From the NCBI GenBank assembly GCA_963703365.1, contig OY969815.1, forward strand, positions 2,814,910-2,878,909: a stretch of DNA of 64,000 nucleotides, written 5' to 3'. The notes under the pieces are model-generated. The model saw nothing but the letters and a program-made list of their open reading frames with translations, made no database searches and was not told the origin of the DNA. This document shows positions 50,946-60,516 of the stretch, one piece after another. A program made the translations under genes and the position numbers. How positions within the stretch are numbered: position 1 is the stretch's first letter; each line of letters begins with the position of its first letter. Origin of the DNA: an uncultured Bacteroidota bacterium (GTDB lineage: Bacteria; Bacteroidota; Ignavibacteria; Kryptoniales; JAKASW01).

Positions 50946-51052
50946 TTGGACTTCCTTATTTTCAACATTTCCATAAATTGTTACCTTTACCCCCTTTGCA
51001 ATGGTCGGTTTACCGTTTTCTGTCCTTGCTTTTAGTGGTTTGCTTCTCTTTT

Positions 51053-51066
51053 GTTTCACGTGAAAC
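51053..51066. promoter_or_regulatory. Perfect 14-bp palindrome GTTTCACGTGAAAC (copy 1)
   Basis: Read directly from the sequence. It lies in the mnmG-murQ spacer. An identical copy is at 53116-53129. Confidence 0.3.
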
Positions 51067-51100
51067 TTTCCGACGGGAGTATCCAACAAGTGGCATGAGC

Positions 51101-52975
51101 TTATCCGCGCAGATACACCATCAACACAGAAATGTCCGCTGGAGAAACTCCGGAGATTCTACTTGCTTGTCCAATCGATCCCGGCTTAACCTTAATAAAT
51201 TTTTCGGTAGCTTCCCTCGACAATGATTTCACTCTCTTGAAATCGAATCCGTCCGGTATTTCTATCGTTTCAAATTTTTCAAACCTTTCTATCTCCTCAA
51301 ACTGTCTGGCAATGTAGCCCTCGTACTTTGTTTCGATCTCCACTTGTCTCACGACGTCTTGACGCGAAGTAGCCTCGGCAGGCAAAGAATCAGATCGGAA
51401 GAATTCAAGTCGGAGAATGTCTGACAAATTTACATCTTGCCTCCTAACAAGTTGAGACAACTTTTCATTCTCAGTCAAGGGAGACGAACCTATCGATTCG
51501 AGATAAGAATTTACCGCAGATGGTGGAACACTTTTCTGCTCGAGATAATCACTGAGCAAGTGAATATATTTTTCTTTCATCAGCAGCGAATCATAAACTT
51601 CATTCGGGATCAAACCAAACTTATCCCCATACTTCATTAGTCGCCTATCGGCATTGTCTTGCCGAAGCATTAATCTGTACTCCGCCCGCGATGTGAACAT
51701 CCTGTAGGGCTCATCTGTTCCTTTGTTCACTAGGTCATCAATCATTACACCGATGTATGCTTCGCATCTCTTCAAGACAAACGGCTCACCGCCTCGAACT
51801 CTCAATGCCGCATTTATCCCGGCTACAATTCCCTGTCCGGCAGCTTCTTCATATCCCGATGTTCCATTAATTTGACCAGCGAAGAATAAACCACTGACAA
51901 GATGAGTTTCAAGTGTCAGCTTCACTTGGTGAGGCGGGAAGAAATCGTATTCGACTGCATAACCTGGGCGCAGCATTTCAACATTCTTAAGCCCGGGAAC
52001 TGTCTTCATAGCTTCATATTGTATTTCTGCAGGGAGACTCGTTGAGAAGCCATTGACATAAATGACGTTGTTGTTGCGTCCCTCAGGCTCAAGAAATATT
52101 TGATGACGCTCCTTGTCGGCGAATCTAACAATTTTGTCCTCAATGGACGGGCAATACCGTGGACCAATTCCCTTTATTAGCCCAGTAAACATTGGTGACT
52201 TGTCGAAACCAGTTCTGAGAACTTCATGGGTATGATGGTTTGTGTAAGTAAGGAAACAGCTGATTTGGTCTCGTGTTACTTCTTTTGTTTGAAATGAAAA
52301 CGGTTCAGGATCAGAATCTCCAAGCTGTTCCTCTAGCATACTAAAGTCGATGCTTCTTCTGTCAACACGCGGCGGTGTTCCCGTCTTTAGTCGTGCGCTC
52401 ATAAAACCAAGTTTCTCGAGTGAAGCGGTAAGACCTACAGCCGGAGGCTCGTTGAACCGCCCTCCAATCCGGCTCTTTAGTCCCGTGTGCATGATTGCAT
52501 TCAGGAAAGTCCCAGATGAAATCACGAGAGCATTGCAACCAATCTTGACGTCAGCCGAAGTTTCAATGCCGCTCATTTTGCCATTGTCCACAAACACTTT
52601 GGTAACCATGTCCTGCGTGATATGGAGATTCAGCTGAGACTCTACGCGACGGCGAGCCTCGATGGAATATGCTTCCCTGTCATTTTGGGCACGCGGCGAC
52701 CAGACGGCTGGACCCTTGGACTTGTTCAGCATCCTAAATTGAATTCCGGTTACGTCCGCGATTTTAGCCATCTCGCCGCCAAGAGCATCAATTTCGCGAA
52801 CCAAATTGCCTTTAGCGGTACCACCAATTGCCGGGTTGCAGGACATTCTTCCAATTGCAGCTATGTCCATGGTCATCAAAAGGACAGAGCAACCCATTCG
52901 AGCTGCAGCAAGTGAAGCTTCGATTCCGGCATGTCCGGCACCAACCACGATTACGTCGTATTTCTGATTATCCAT
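51101..52975 (-). CDS. mnmG: tRNA uridine 5-carboxymethylaminomethyl modification enzyme MnmG (GidA)
   Basis: 624 aa with an N-terminal FAD motif (YDVIVVGAGHAGIEA) and a typical GidA C-terminal domain. Confidence 0.95.
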   Translation of the reverse strand: MDNQKYDVIVVGAGHAGIEASLAAARMGCSVLLMTMDIAAIGRMSCNPAIGGTAKGNLVREIDALGGEMAKIADVTGIQFRMLNKSKGPAVWSPRAQNDREAYSIEARRRVESQLNLHITQDMVTKVFVDNGKMSGIETSADVKIGCNALVISSGTFLNAIMHTGLKSRIGGRFNEPPAVGLTASLEKLGFMSARLKTGTPPRVDRRSIDFSMLEEQLGDSDPEPFSFQTKEVTRDQISCFLTYTNHHTHEVLRTGFDKSPMFTGLIKGIGPRYCPSIEDKIVRFADKERHQIFLEPEGRNNNVIYVNGFSTSLPAEIQYEAMKTVPGLKNVEMLRPGYAVEYDFFPPHQVKLTLETHLVSGLFFAGQINGTSGYEEAAGQGIVAGINAALRVRGGEPFVLKRCEAYIGVMIDDLVNKGTDEPYRMFTSRAEYRLMLRQDNADRRLMKYGDKFGLIPNEVYDSLLMKEKYIHLLSDYLEQKSVPPSAVNSYLESIGSSPLTENEKLSQLVRRQDVNLSDILRLEFFRSDSLPAEATSRQDVVRQVEIETKYEGYIARQFEEIERFEKFETIEIPDGFDFKRVKSLSREATEKFIKVKPGSIGQASRISGVSPADISVLMVYLRG

Positions 52976-53115
52976 TTTTCATACTAAACTGACAGGAATT
53001 CAAAATTCCCCGCGAAGCATGGGGTAAACTCCGGTCAAAAGTCAAAAAGGATGTGTCGTGCAGTAAACTGGCTCTTTTGACTTTGTTCTTGATTTCTCGA
53101 ATCAGGCACATAAGT

Positions 53116-53129
53116 GTTTCACGTGAAAC
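53116..53129. promoter_or_regulatory. Perfect 14-bp palindrome GTTTCACGTGAAAC (copy 2)
   Basis: Read directly from the sequence. It ends 2 nt from the mnmE stop codon, in the mnmE-mnmG spacer. Confidence 0.3.
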
Positions 53130-53131
53130 AA

Positions 53132-54523
53132 TCACTTTCCAACGCAAAACTTCGAAAATATATTGTTTAGGATATTTTCATTAGTGATTTCACCCGTGAT
53201 TTCGCCGAGAGCATTCAAACCGCTCCTAAGATCCAACGCGACAAACTCGCTAGATTTGCCCGCTTTTAAGGTGTCCAATGCAAGAAGCAAGCTCTTCTTA
53301 GCTCTTTGTAAGGCATCTCTATGACGGGCGCTAGTCACTACTACAGAAGATTCACTTACCTGTTTATCCAAGGCTAACTTTAATAACCCTTTTTTCAAAG
53401 AGTCAATTCCTTCGCCAACCAAAGCCGAAATATAAAAAACGTGCTCACTTTTTGGCTTTCGCGGAGCTTTATCACGGTGTAGGTCAATCTTGTTCCAAAC
53501 TTTGATTAGCTTGACTCCATTTGCAGCGCAAACATTTGCCATTTCTTCGTATAAAGGATTACTGCCGTTATAATAATGTTCTTCGTAATCAATCACCAAA
53601 AGCACAATATCAGATTGCTCAGCTTCCTTCTGTGCCCTGTTTACTCCTTCCCGCTCTATTGCATCGGTCGTCTCTCTTAGCCCTGCAGTATCCGTTAGGC
53701 GAAAGAGAACTCCACCGATTGAGATACTCTCCGAGACCGTGTCCCTCGTAGTTCCAGGAATCTCGCTAACGATTGCACGATTTTCCTGAAGGAGTACATT
53801 TAATAAGCTCGACTTACCCACGTTTGGCTTTCCCGCGATTGTAACACGGACACCTTCTCGATAAACTTTTCCTACTGCGAAACTTTCCAGCAGGCCATCA
53901 ACCACTTTGGTCGTTCTGCTAAGTCGGTCTTTCAATACCTTTCTGTTTGCAAACTCGACATCTTCTTCTGAGAAATCAAGTTCAAGTTCAAGGAGCGACG
54001 CCAAATTGAGTAACTCGTCCCTCACCGACTTAATCTGGCGCGACAACTCGCCGGAGAGCTGTCGGAGTGAACTTCTGTAAGCCGCCTCGCTCTGCGAATG
54101 AATCAGATCTCCGACAGCTTCTGCTTGTGTAAGATCGAGACGACCGTTCAGAAAAGCGCGCTTTGTGAATTCTCCCGGTTCTGCAATGCGCACACCGACA
54201 CCGAGAATACATTGCAAAACTTTATGAGTAACCATGTAACCGCCATGGCAGCTTATCTCCACGACGTCTTCGCAGGTATAGCTGTTCGGTTTCCTGAATG
54301 TCACGGCAACGACCTCGTCAATTACTCCGACTTTTTCATCGACGATTCTTCCGAAATGTGCTGTGTGAGATTGGGAATCAATCAATTTTGATTTTCCCAG
54401 AAAAACTTTGTCGGAAATAGAAAACGCATCTGGTCCTGAAATTCTGATCACACTAATTCCACCCTCGCCGAGTGGAGTCGAGATTGCAGCTATCGTATCA
54501 CTGTCTTTTAACTTGAAAAGCAT
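53132..54523 (-). CDS. mnmE: tRNA modification GTPase MnmE (TrmE)
   Basis: N-terminus DTIAAISTP.G.GGISVIRISG, G-domain GKPNVGKSSLLN / DTAG, and the C-terminal FCVGK motif. The start was moved to the ATG at 54523. Confidence 0.9.
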   Translation of the reverse strand: MLFKLKDSDTIAAISTPLGEGGISVIRISGPDAFSISDKVFLGKSKLIDSQSHTAHFGRIVDEKVGVIDEVVAVTFRKPNSYTCEDVVEISCHGGYMVTHKVLQCILGVGVRIAEPGEFTKRAFLNGRLDLTQAEAVGDLIHSQSEAAYRSSLRQLSGELSRQIKSVRDELLNLASLLELELDFSEEDVEFANRKVLKDRLSRTTKVVDGLLESFAVGKVYREGVRVTIAGKPNVGKSSLLNVLLQENRAIVSEIPGTTRDTVSESISIGGVLFRLTDTAGLRETTDAIEREGVNRAQKEAEQSDIVLLVIDYEEHYYNGSNPLYEEMANVCAANGVKLIKVWNKIDLHRDKAPRKPKSEHVFYISALVGEGIDSLKKGLLKLALDKQVSESSVVVTSARHRDALQRAKKSLLLALDTLKAGKSSEFVALDLRSGLNALGEITGEITNENILNNIFSKFCVGK

Positions 54524-54671
54524 ATTTGAATTTAACACACACAGCTTAGGAGTTAAAGACCTGGATGTTCTTACCAGACTATATTTTATTGTTCCTAGTT
54601 CTCTCAAAAAATCTCTCCGTTTTCTTGTTTATTTGCTCATTTAATTCGAACTTGAAAACAAAAAACTATTT

Positions 54672-55889
54672 ATGAATACTCTGAAGAAATCATCAAAGCT
54701 TGACAATGTCTGTTATGATATCCGTGGTCCGGTGTTAGACGAAGCGAAACGATTGGAAGATGCCGGACTTGAAATTCTAAAGTTAAATATCGGTAATCCG
54801 GCGCCATTTGGTTTCAAAGCACCGGATGAAGTCGTGGCGGAGATCGCCGCAAACCTTACAAAAGCCGAAGGCTACATAGACTCGAAAGGTCTAGTCGCGG
54901 CAAGAGAAGCTGTCGCAAATTATTCTGCGAAAAAAGGGATGGGGAAAATAAATATAGATAACATCTTCATCGGCAACGGAGTCAGCGAACTCATCGTGAT
55001 GGCAATGCAGGGACTCTTGAACAACGGTGATGAAATTCTCATTCCCGCTCCCGATTATCCTGTTTGGACAGCCGCAGTCGTTCTCGCCGGCGGAAAGCCT
55101 GTCCATTATATTTGTGATGAAAGTTCCGAATGGTATCCCGACATTTCTGATATAAAGAAGAAAATTTCTAACCGTACAAAGGGGATTGTTGTCATAAATC
55201 CGAACAACCCAACAGGCGCGGTATATCCGAAAGAACTGCTGAACCAACTTGTCTCGTTAGCGGAGCAACACGATCTGATAATTTACAGCGATGAAATTTA
55301 CGACAGGATTCTATACGAAGACGCAAGCCACACTGCAATCGCATCTTTAACGAACAATGTCCTTTGCGTAACATTGAATGGACTTTCAAAGTCTCATTTG
55401 ATAACCGGATATAGAGTCGGATGGATGACATTCAGCGGCAATCTATCGATCGCGCAGAATTATTTGGAAGGCGTAAACATGTTAGCGTCGATGAGATTGT
55501 GTAGCAACGTGCCAGCACAATATGCAGTATCAGTCGGGCTGAGTAATAGCGAGACAATAAAATGTCACACCGCAACCGGCGGGAGGTTGAAAGCGCAGCG
55601 TGACTTTGGATATGAGCGATTAAAAAAGATTCCCGGTTTATCCTGCACCAAACCGATGGGTGCTTTTTATTTCTTTCCACGGATTGATATTAAAAAGTTC
55701 AAGATCAAAAATGACGAGAGATTTGTTCTTGATTTATTGAAGAAAGAAAATGTCCTTGTCGTTCAGGGAACAGGCTTCAACTGGTTCAAGCCGGACCATT
55801 TCAGGATTGTTTTTTTGCCTGAGGTCTCGGCTCTCGAAAAAGCGTTCGATGCGATGGAAAATTTTCTGACAGATTACAGACAAGAATAA
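54672..55889 (+). CDS. PLP-dependent aminotransferase, AlaA-like (class I/II)
   Basis: 405 aa. The N-terminus KLDNVCYDIRGPVL.EAKRLE..G..ILKLNIGNPAPFGF closely resembles enterobacterial AlaA. The LSKS lysine motif is present. Confidence 0.85.
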   Translation: MNTLKKSSKLDNVCYDIRGPVLDEAKRLEDAGLEILKLNIGNPAPFGFKAPDEVVAEIAANLTKAEGYIDSKGLVAAREAVANYSAKKGMGKINIDNIFIGNGVSELIVMAMQGLLNNGDEILIPAPDYPVWTAAVVLAGGKPVHYICDESSEWYPDISDIKKKISNRTKGIVVINPNNPTGAVYPKELLNQLVSLAEQHDLIIYSDEIYDRILYEDASHTAIASLTNNVLCVTLNGLSKSHLITGYRVGWMTFSGNLSIAQNYLEGVNMLASMRLCSNVPAQYAVSVGLSNSETIKCHTATGGRLKAQRDFGYERLKKIPGLSCTKPMGAFYFFPRIDIKKFKIKNDERFVLDLLKKENVLVVQGTGFNWFKPDHFRIVFLPEVSALEKAFDAMENFLTDYRQE

Positions 55890-55989
55890 TCGTTAGCCCC
55901 GTACGAAAATTTTTGTATGACGGCAAAGCGCTCACGTTCAGCTTACTGTTGCAAACATTTTTTCAATTGGTTAAAATAGAAATAATGCG

Positions 55990-56586
55990 ATGAAGAGACA
56001 TAAAGATAACATGGTCTATGGAAAACTTATAATTGCTGCCGCATTTATTTTGATGAGCTGCGGCAGCGCGAAGGATCAAAATAAATCTGCAAACAAAAAT
56101 GAGGAAGAGACCATGGCAACATCCGGAAAATTTACGATCACGAGCCCGGCATTCAAAGAAGGAGAATTGATACCGAAGAAATATACCTGTGACGGTCAGA
56201 ATATTTCCCCGCCGCTCGAATGGCAATTGGCTCCGTCAAATACAAAGAGTCTGGCGCTAATCGCAGACGACCCCGACGCGCCGATGGGAACGTGGGTGCA
56301 TTGGGTGATATTCAATATACCGCCAACGGCGACAGGATTTCCTGAGAATGTCCCGACCAAAGACTCCTTGCCAAACGGTGCAGTTCAAGGAAGGAACGAT
56401 TCCCGTGGAATCGGATATGATGGCCCAAGTCCGCCAGGAGGGACACACCGCTACTTTTTTAAACTTTATGCATTAGACACGATGTTAAAACTCTCGTCGG
56501 GAATCACGAAGGCGGCACTTTTAAAGGCCATGGAAGGGCATATCATGGCACAGACGCAGACGATGGGAAGGTACTCAAGGAAGTAG
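55990..56586 (+). CDS. YbhB/YbcL family Raf-kinase-inhibitor-like (PEBP) protein, lipoprotein/secreted
   Basis: Signal/lipobox (LMSCG) and PEBP motifs DPDAP..TWVHW and GPSPP.GTHRYFF.LYALD. Confidence 0.85.
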   Translation: MKRHKDNMVYGKLIIAAAFILMSCGSAKDQNKSANKNEEETMATSGKFTITSPAFKEGELIPKKYTCDGQNISPPLEWQLAPSNTKSLALIADDPDAPMGTWVHWVIFNIPPTATGFPENVPTKDSLPNGAVQGRNDSRGIGYDGPSPPGGTHRYFFKLYALDTMLKLSSGITKAALLKAMEGHIMAQTQTMGRYSRK

Positions 56587-56726
56587 CTGTTGAGGAAGAA
56601 ATCTTGTAGCAGTTTCTGGAACGCTGCGAAGGTTTTTGGAACCTTCACAAGGTTATAGGAATTTTTTCCTTGCTTTCACGAAAGTGATCTCTTAACTTTC
56701 TTTCGCGTTCTTTAATAATAGTTAAG

Positions 56727-56888
56727 CTCTGGTATGGCGCCAATGTCGCCATTAAAAGGGAATCCCGTTAAAACCGGGAGCTGCCCCGCAACTGTATTCG
56801 GCACTTGAATACTTGAGTCACTGATCCGCCTTAGGTGGAATGGGAAGGCACAAGTCAAATCTGCCGTGAGCCAGGAGACCGGCCAGAG
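56727..56888 (+). promoter_or_regulatory. Cobalamin (B12) riboswitch aptamer
   Basis: The P1 helix is CTCTGG (56727-32) paired with CCAGAG (56883-88). Conserved core elements AAAAGGGAATCCCGT.AAAACCGGGAGCTGCCCCGCAACTGTA and AATGGGAAGGC are present. The B12 box GAGCCAGGAGACCGGCC lies at 56868-56884. Confidence 0.85.
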
Positions 56889-56964
56889 TTTTTTAGAATC
56901 AACAACCTTCGAGGGAGAGGTTAAATTCAATCCCGTTGATTAACGGGATATGAGTTTTGTATTT

Positions 56965-56992
56965 GCCCGCCCTCCCAGCGGGCATTTTTATT
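56965..56992 (+). terminator. Intrinsic terminator of the riboswitch expression platform
   Basis: The stem is GCCCGC-cctccca-GCGGGC, followed by ATTTTTATT. It lies between the aptamer and the btuB-like start at 57022. Confidence 0.6.
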
Positions 56993-57021
56993 GTCCGAGA
57001 AATTTTCTCGGCGGAGGAAAT

Positions 57022-58935
57022 ATGTTTCTGTTGCTTTTATTTAATTTCACTTTTCATCAACCCGATACTCTTCAAGTATATCGACAGCCGGAAGTGGTCG
57101 TAACCGCTACGCGCACGCCGATCAATAGCATTGACGCTCCTTCCCGTGTCACGCAAATCGATGTCAATGAGATGCAGAATGCCGGCTTTGATGACATGAA
57201 AAGTATGCTTTCCTTTATTGATGGAATATTTGTGACAGACTATGGACCGGGACAACTTGGTACGATAAGTCTGCGGGGAACGACATCAGAACAGACCCTT
57301 TTTCTTTTCGACGGAGTGAGCTTGAATAACATCCAGAATGGAGACGTCGATTTATTTCTGGTGCCGACAAACAATTTAAGCTCAATCGAAATTTCTCAAG
57401 GCGGATCTTCGGCATTATATGGAGCAAATGCCGTTGGAGGCGTCGTAAATCTCGAGAGTAAGACCACTTCGAATAATCAGGTTAGAGTCGATTTAGGAGA
57501 AGGATCATACGGAAGTCAAATAATGGGCGGCGAATTGAGTGAGGGACTTGGTTCAGTGAGAATTGACTTGATGGCACACCGCCAGCGCGGTGTTAACGAT
57601 TACGATTTTACTTTCAACAGCGGAACGAATAATTTTCAGATGACGCGCATTGGTGCCGATTACCTTGAAGACATGCAATCATTTAAAATAACACTTCCTT
57701 CGTCAAGCGGCGCGGCATCTTTTCTCATTCAAAATGTTTCCGCAAACCGTGGAACCCCGGGCCCCGTCACTGATTCCGCATTTGTCGGAACCGCACGTGA
57801 AATAGATAAAAACACAGTCGCCATTCTGAAAAACATCGGCAACCTCGGCGTTTTTAACTATTCGACATCCGCAGGATTTATTTATTCATATCTAAAATAC
57901 ACTGACCCGGCTTATCTCACTAATGATTATTACAAAATGTTGTCCCTCCAACCTGCGGCACAGTTATCTTATTCAGAGGAACAGTTTTCCGGTTCAACGG
58001 GACTCGATGCTGAACTTGATCGCGGTGAAAGCGATAACATGGCAGGTACCAAGGACAGAAGCCGAATCGGGATTTTTGCGAGCGGAGAATATGACCTAAG
58101 GAAAGGTTCAGACCTTGAGACTCGACTCTTCGGCGCCTTGCGTTATGATGATTACTCGGATTTCGAAAGCTCCCTTAATCCCAAAGCCGGCATTAACATC
58201 AAGCCAGTCGCTTCCTTACCTGTTCATCTCCGAGCAAATATCGGGACTTCGTATCGAGTTCCAACGTTTGACGATCTCTACTATAACGATCTTCCCTATT
58301 ACAGTGGCAACGAAAATCTTAAGCCGGAAACATCGACAGACTATGACTTTGGAGCTGTAGCCGAGTTCAATGGAAATGAAGTACCGTTTTACGTTAATCT
58401 TGATCTGGATTACTATCACATCGATACACGCAATGGTATAGTTTTCCAACAGGTGACAGATATTTTTGCAACAGAGGAAAATTTACAAAAAATAATATCG
58501 AAGGGAATCGAGTTGAGTCTCCGTCTAAATTACAGTTCTCTTTTTGATTTGAAAGGAAATTACTTCTTCGGAAGGTCGTTGGATGTTTCGGACCCATCGG
58601 ATCCGTCAACTTATGAGAAACAGCTCATCTATATTCCACAGGAACAAAGTTCGCTCATCGCAGAAGTGGCGCCTGGATTTTTCACATTCACTGCCGCGAT
58701 CCAGTATGTCGGTGAACGATTTTACACTTCGGACAACACTGCATCGCTTGCGCCTTACGCCGTAACTTATATTTCTGCTTCAGCACGGGTCGACGCAGGA
58801 TCTTTCAAGATATTGCCGAAAGCTTCGGTTGACGATCTTTTCAATCGCGAATATGAAGTGATACCTGAGTATCCGTTGCCTGGAAGGACCTATAGACTTG
58901 GGCTAAGTTTTCAATTCAACCAGGACAAGGAATAA
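57022..58935 (+). CDS. btuB: TonB-dependent outer-membrane receptor, BtuB-like (vitamin B12/corrinoid)
   Basis: Plug domain with a TonB-box-like EVVVTATR, a beta-barrel, and a C-terminal ...YRLGLSFQF. It is preceded by the cobalamin riboswitch. The start was moved to the ATG at 57022, after GGAGGAAAT and downstream of the terminator. Confidence 0.8.
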   Translation: MFLLLLFNFTFHQPDTLQVYRQPEVVVTATRTPINSIDAPSRVTQIDVNEMQNAGFDDMKSMLSFIDGIFVTDYGPGQLGTISLRGTTSEQTLFLFDGVSLNNIQNGDVDLFLVPTNNLSSIEISQGGSSALYGANAVGGVVNLESKTTSNNQVRVDLGEGSYGSQIMGGELSEGLGSVRIDLMAHRQRGVNDYDFTFNSGTNNFQMTRIGADYLEDMQSFKITLPSSSGAASFLIQNVSANRGTPGPVTDSAFVGTAREIDKNTVAILKNIGNLGVFNYSTSAGFIYSYLKYTDPAYLTNDYYKMLSLQPAAQLSYSEEQFSGSTGLDAELDRGESDNMAGTKDRSRIGIFASGEYDLRKGSDLETRLFGALRYDDYSDFESSLNPKAGINIKPVASLPVHLRANIGTSYRVPTFDDLYYNDLPYYSGNENLKPETSTDYDFGAVAEFNGNEVPFYVNLDLDYYHIDTRNGIVFQQVTDIFATEENLQKIISKGIELSLRLNYSSLFDLKGNYFFGRSLDVSDPSDPSTYEKQLIYIPQEQSSLIAEVAPGFFTFTAAIQYVGERFYTSDNTASLAPYAVTYISASARVDAGSFKILPKASVDDLFNREYEVIPEYPLPGRTYRLGLSFQFNQDKE

Positions 58936-59120
58936 ACAGGAATGCATTATGCGCTTAGAATTTCGTTTCGGCTCAATCCACTTGATTGGAGGCAAACCCA
59001 TGATTAAGTTAAACAGGTAAAGTCGCAAAATTTTAAGAAGAAAGATTTTGTATTCAGATTAATCAGAATGAGAATCACGAAAGTTTTTAATATTAACCAA
59101 TTAGAAGGTTGGAGGTAACA

Positions 59121-59648
59121 ATGAACATATTATTTGCACTCGTCTTAATTCTGTTCGCGGCGTTTTCGAGGCTGATTCCTCATGCGCCGAACTTTACTCC
59201 TATAATTTCGATTGCACTTTTTGCAGGAGCGTACTTGGAGAAGAGATTCGCGTTTCTTGTTCCAATTGCAGCGATGTTAATGAGCGATCTAATCGTAGGG
59301 TTTTATAACCCTGTTTCCATGGTGTTCGTCTATGGGAGCCTTCTGCTGACTGTTGGTCTTGGATTGACAATGAAAGATAAAGTGTCCGTAATAAAGGTCG
59401 GCGGGTTTTCTCTAGCTGGTGCAGTGATCTTCTTCGTGCTGACAAATTTCGGGTGGATCATTCCTAACTCGATGTATCCAAAGACATTTGCCGGACTTGT
59501 CGAAGGCTACGTAATGGCAATCCCGTTCTTCGGCAATACCGTTTACAGTGCATTGATCTACAGCGCGGTGATATTTGGTGTTTATGAAGCTGCGGAGAAG
59601 TTTGTGTTCAAAGTAAGAGAGCATAAAGAATTAGGCATCGGTAATTAA
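59121..59648 (+). CDS. DUF6580-like polytopic membrane protein (putative vitamin/corrinoid transport component)
   Basis: About 175 aa with 5-6 TM helices and the N-terminal motif FSRLIPHAPNFTPI, which I recall from DUF6580 'putative transport protein' entries. GGAGG lies 6 nt before the ATG. It is co-directional with btuB, 185 nt downstream. Confidence 0.55.
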   Translation: MNILFALVLILFAAFSRLIPHAPNFTPIISIALFAGAYLEKRFAFLVPIAAMLMSDLIVGFYNPVSMVFVYGSLLLTVGLGLTMKDKVSVIKVGGFSLAGAVIFFVLTNFGWIIPNSMYPKTFAGLVEGYVMAIPFFGNTVYSALIYSAVIFGVYEAAEKFVFKVREHKELGIGN

Positions 59649-59696
59649 ACAAACAGCTGTCGCGAGCAATAGCAAACGACCCAATTAGCGTATGAG

Positions 59697-59732
59697 CAAA
59701 AAAGGGAGGTATCATACCTCCCTTTTTTGTTT
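59697..59732. terminator. Bidirectional intrinsic terminator
   Basis: An A-run precedes the stem GGGAGGTA-tca-TACCTCCC, and TTTTTTGTTTT follows it. Confidence 0.7.
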
Positions 59733-59757
59733 TCGGACATCGAACTTGAGATGGAAT

Positions 59758-59985
59758 TTACTTCAGATAAACAAGTCTTTTCACAGAAATAAATTTACCT
59801 GATCCATCTTTGCCCTGAGCCTGAATTCGACAGAAATAAATCCCGCTGCTCAATCCAGACGGATTCCATTCGACGCTGTATCGACTCGCCGTTTGCATCC
59901 CATCCACTAAATTTGTCACCACTCGACCGAGTACGTCGTAAATCGTGACCTTCACATATGCATTCTTCGAAGTGCCATTTCTTAT
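59758..59985 (-). pseudogene. Orphan T9SS C-terminal sorting domain (3' remnant of a truncated secreted-protein gene)
   Basis: The frame reads (stop)IRNGTSKNAYVKVTIYDVLGRVVTNLV...GIYFCRIQ...SVKRLVYLK. It is homologous to the C-terminal sorting domains of the genes at 27650 and 62255. No upstream cargo domain exists, and the frame is closed at 59986-59988, abutting the stop of the next gene. Confidence 0.65.
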
Positions 59986-60359
59986 TTAAGGTCATACACC
60001 CCTCTTGCAACTCTTTTCAGTCTCGCGCTTTTCTTGTCACACTCCTGAGACAGGATTGCGCCGATTGTGTGTACTTTGTCAGTAGTGTTACCAAGACTAA
60101 TCTTTTTCTCTTCAACAAACTCAAAGACTTCTTCATTTGTAACATTCCGACCAATTCTATGGATCAGTTCAATCGTTGCGTCAACAACGCGACCGCGAAT
60201 TGTGTTTGAGCCCTTATGAGGAGAGGAACCCGAAATAACCTTTATCTCGTTCGCATGTTCACCTTTGCGAATAGCGATTAATTGAATGAGAAGCTCACGC
60301 TCCTTTTCCAACTCACCGAGCCGAGCCTCTAACGTTTCAACCGATAATACTGTGGACAT
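59982..60359 (-). CDS. Hypothetical 125-aa protein: N-terminal coiled coil plus HARE-HTH/Mrr_N-like winged helix (tentative)
   Basis: The N-terminal segment LEARLGELEKERELLIQLIAIRK looks like a coiled coil. The C-terminal part ...ATIELIHRIGRNVTNEEVFEFVEEKKISLGNTTDKVHTIGAILSQECDKKSARLKRVARGVYDL fits the HARE-HTH pattern. GGAGAAG RBS and a strong promoter are present. Confidence 0.45.
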   Translation of the reverse strand: MSTVLSVETLEARLGELEKERELLIQLIAIRKGEHANEIKVISGSSPHKGSNTIRGRVVDATIELIHRIGRNVTNEEVFEFVEEKKISLGNTTDKVHTIGAILSQECDKKSARLKRVARGVYDLK

Positions 60360-60385
60360 TTTAGCACTTCTCCATTATTGGTATA

Positions 60386-60414
60386 AATATAAGCAACGTA
60401 CCTTTACTTGTCAA
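60386..60414 (-). promoter_or_regulatory. Sigma70-like promoter TTGACA-17-TATATT for the 59982..60359 gene, -35 embedded in palindrome ACTTGTCAAGT
   Basis: On the minus strand the sequence reads cTTGACAagtaaaggtacgttgctTATATT. The 11-bp palindrome lies at 60406-60416. Confidence 0.4.
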
Positions 60415-60487
60415 GTGTTTTGAAAAATAGATTTTGGAACGCTAAACTTAAGCGTAACTCGCCATATTGAAAAATCTTACGGAACAC

Positions 60488-60516
60488 TTGCTTTTTAATT
60501 TTATCCATTGTAAATT
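60488..60516 (+). promoter_or_regulatory. Putative promoter TTGCTT-17-TAAATT for the DUF4065 operon
   Basis: The hexamers were read directly, about 27 nt upstream of the AAAGGAGGT RBS and start at 60544. Confidence 0.3.

Noticed and set aside
56712-56930. 72-aa minus-strand ORF, and the 56950 start of the plus-strand receptor ORF.
   Set aside because: The minus ORF overlaps the cobalamin riboswitch aptamer. The 56950 start lies upstream of the riboswitch terminator hairpin, and 57022 has a proper GGAGG RBS.
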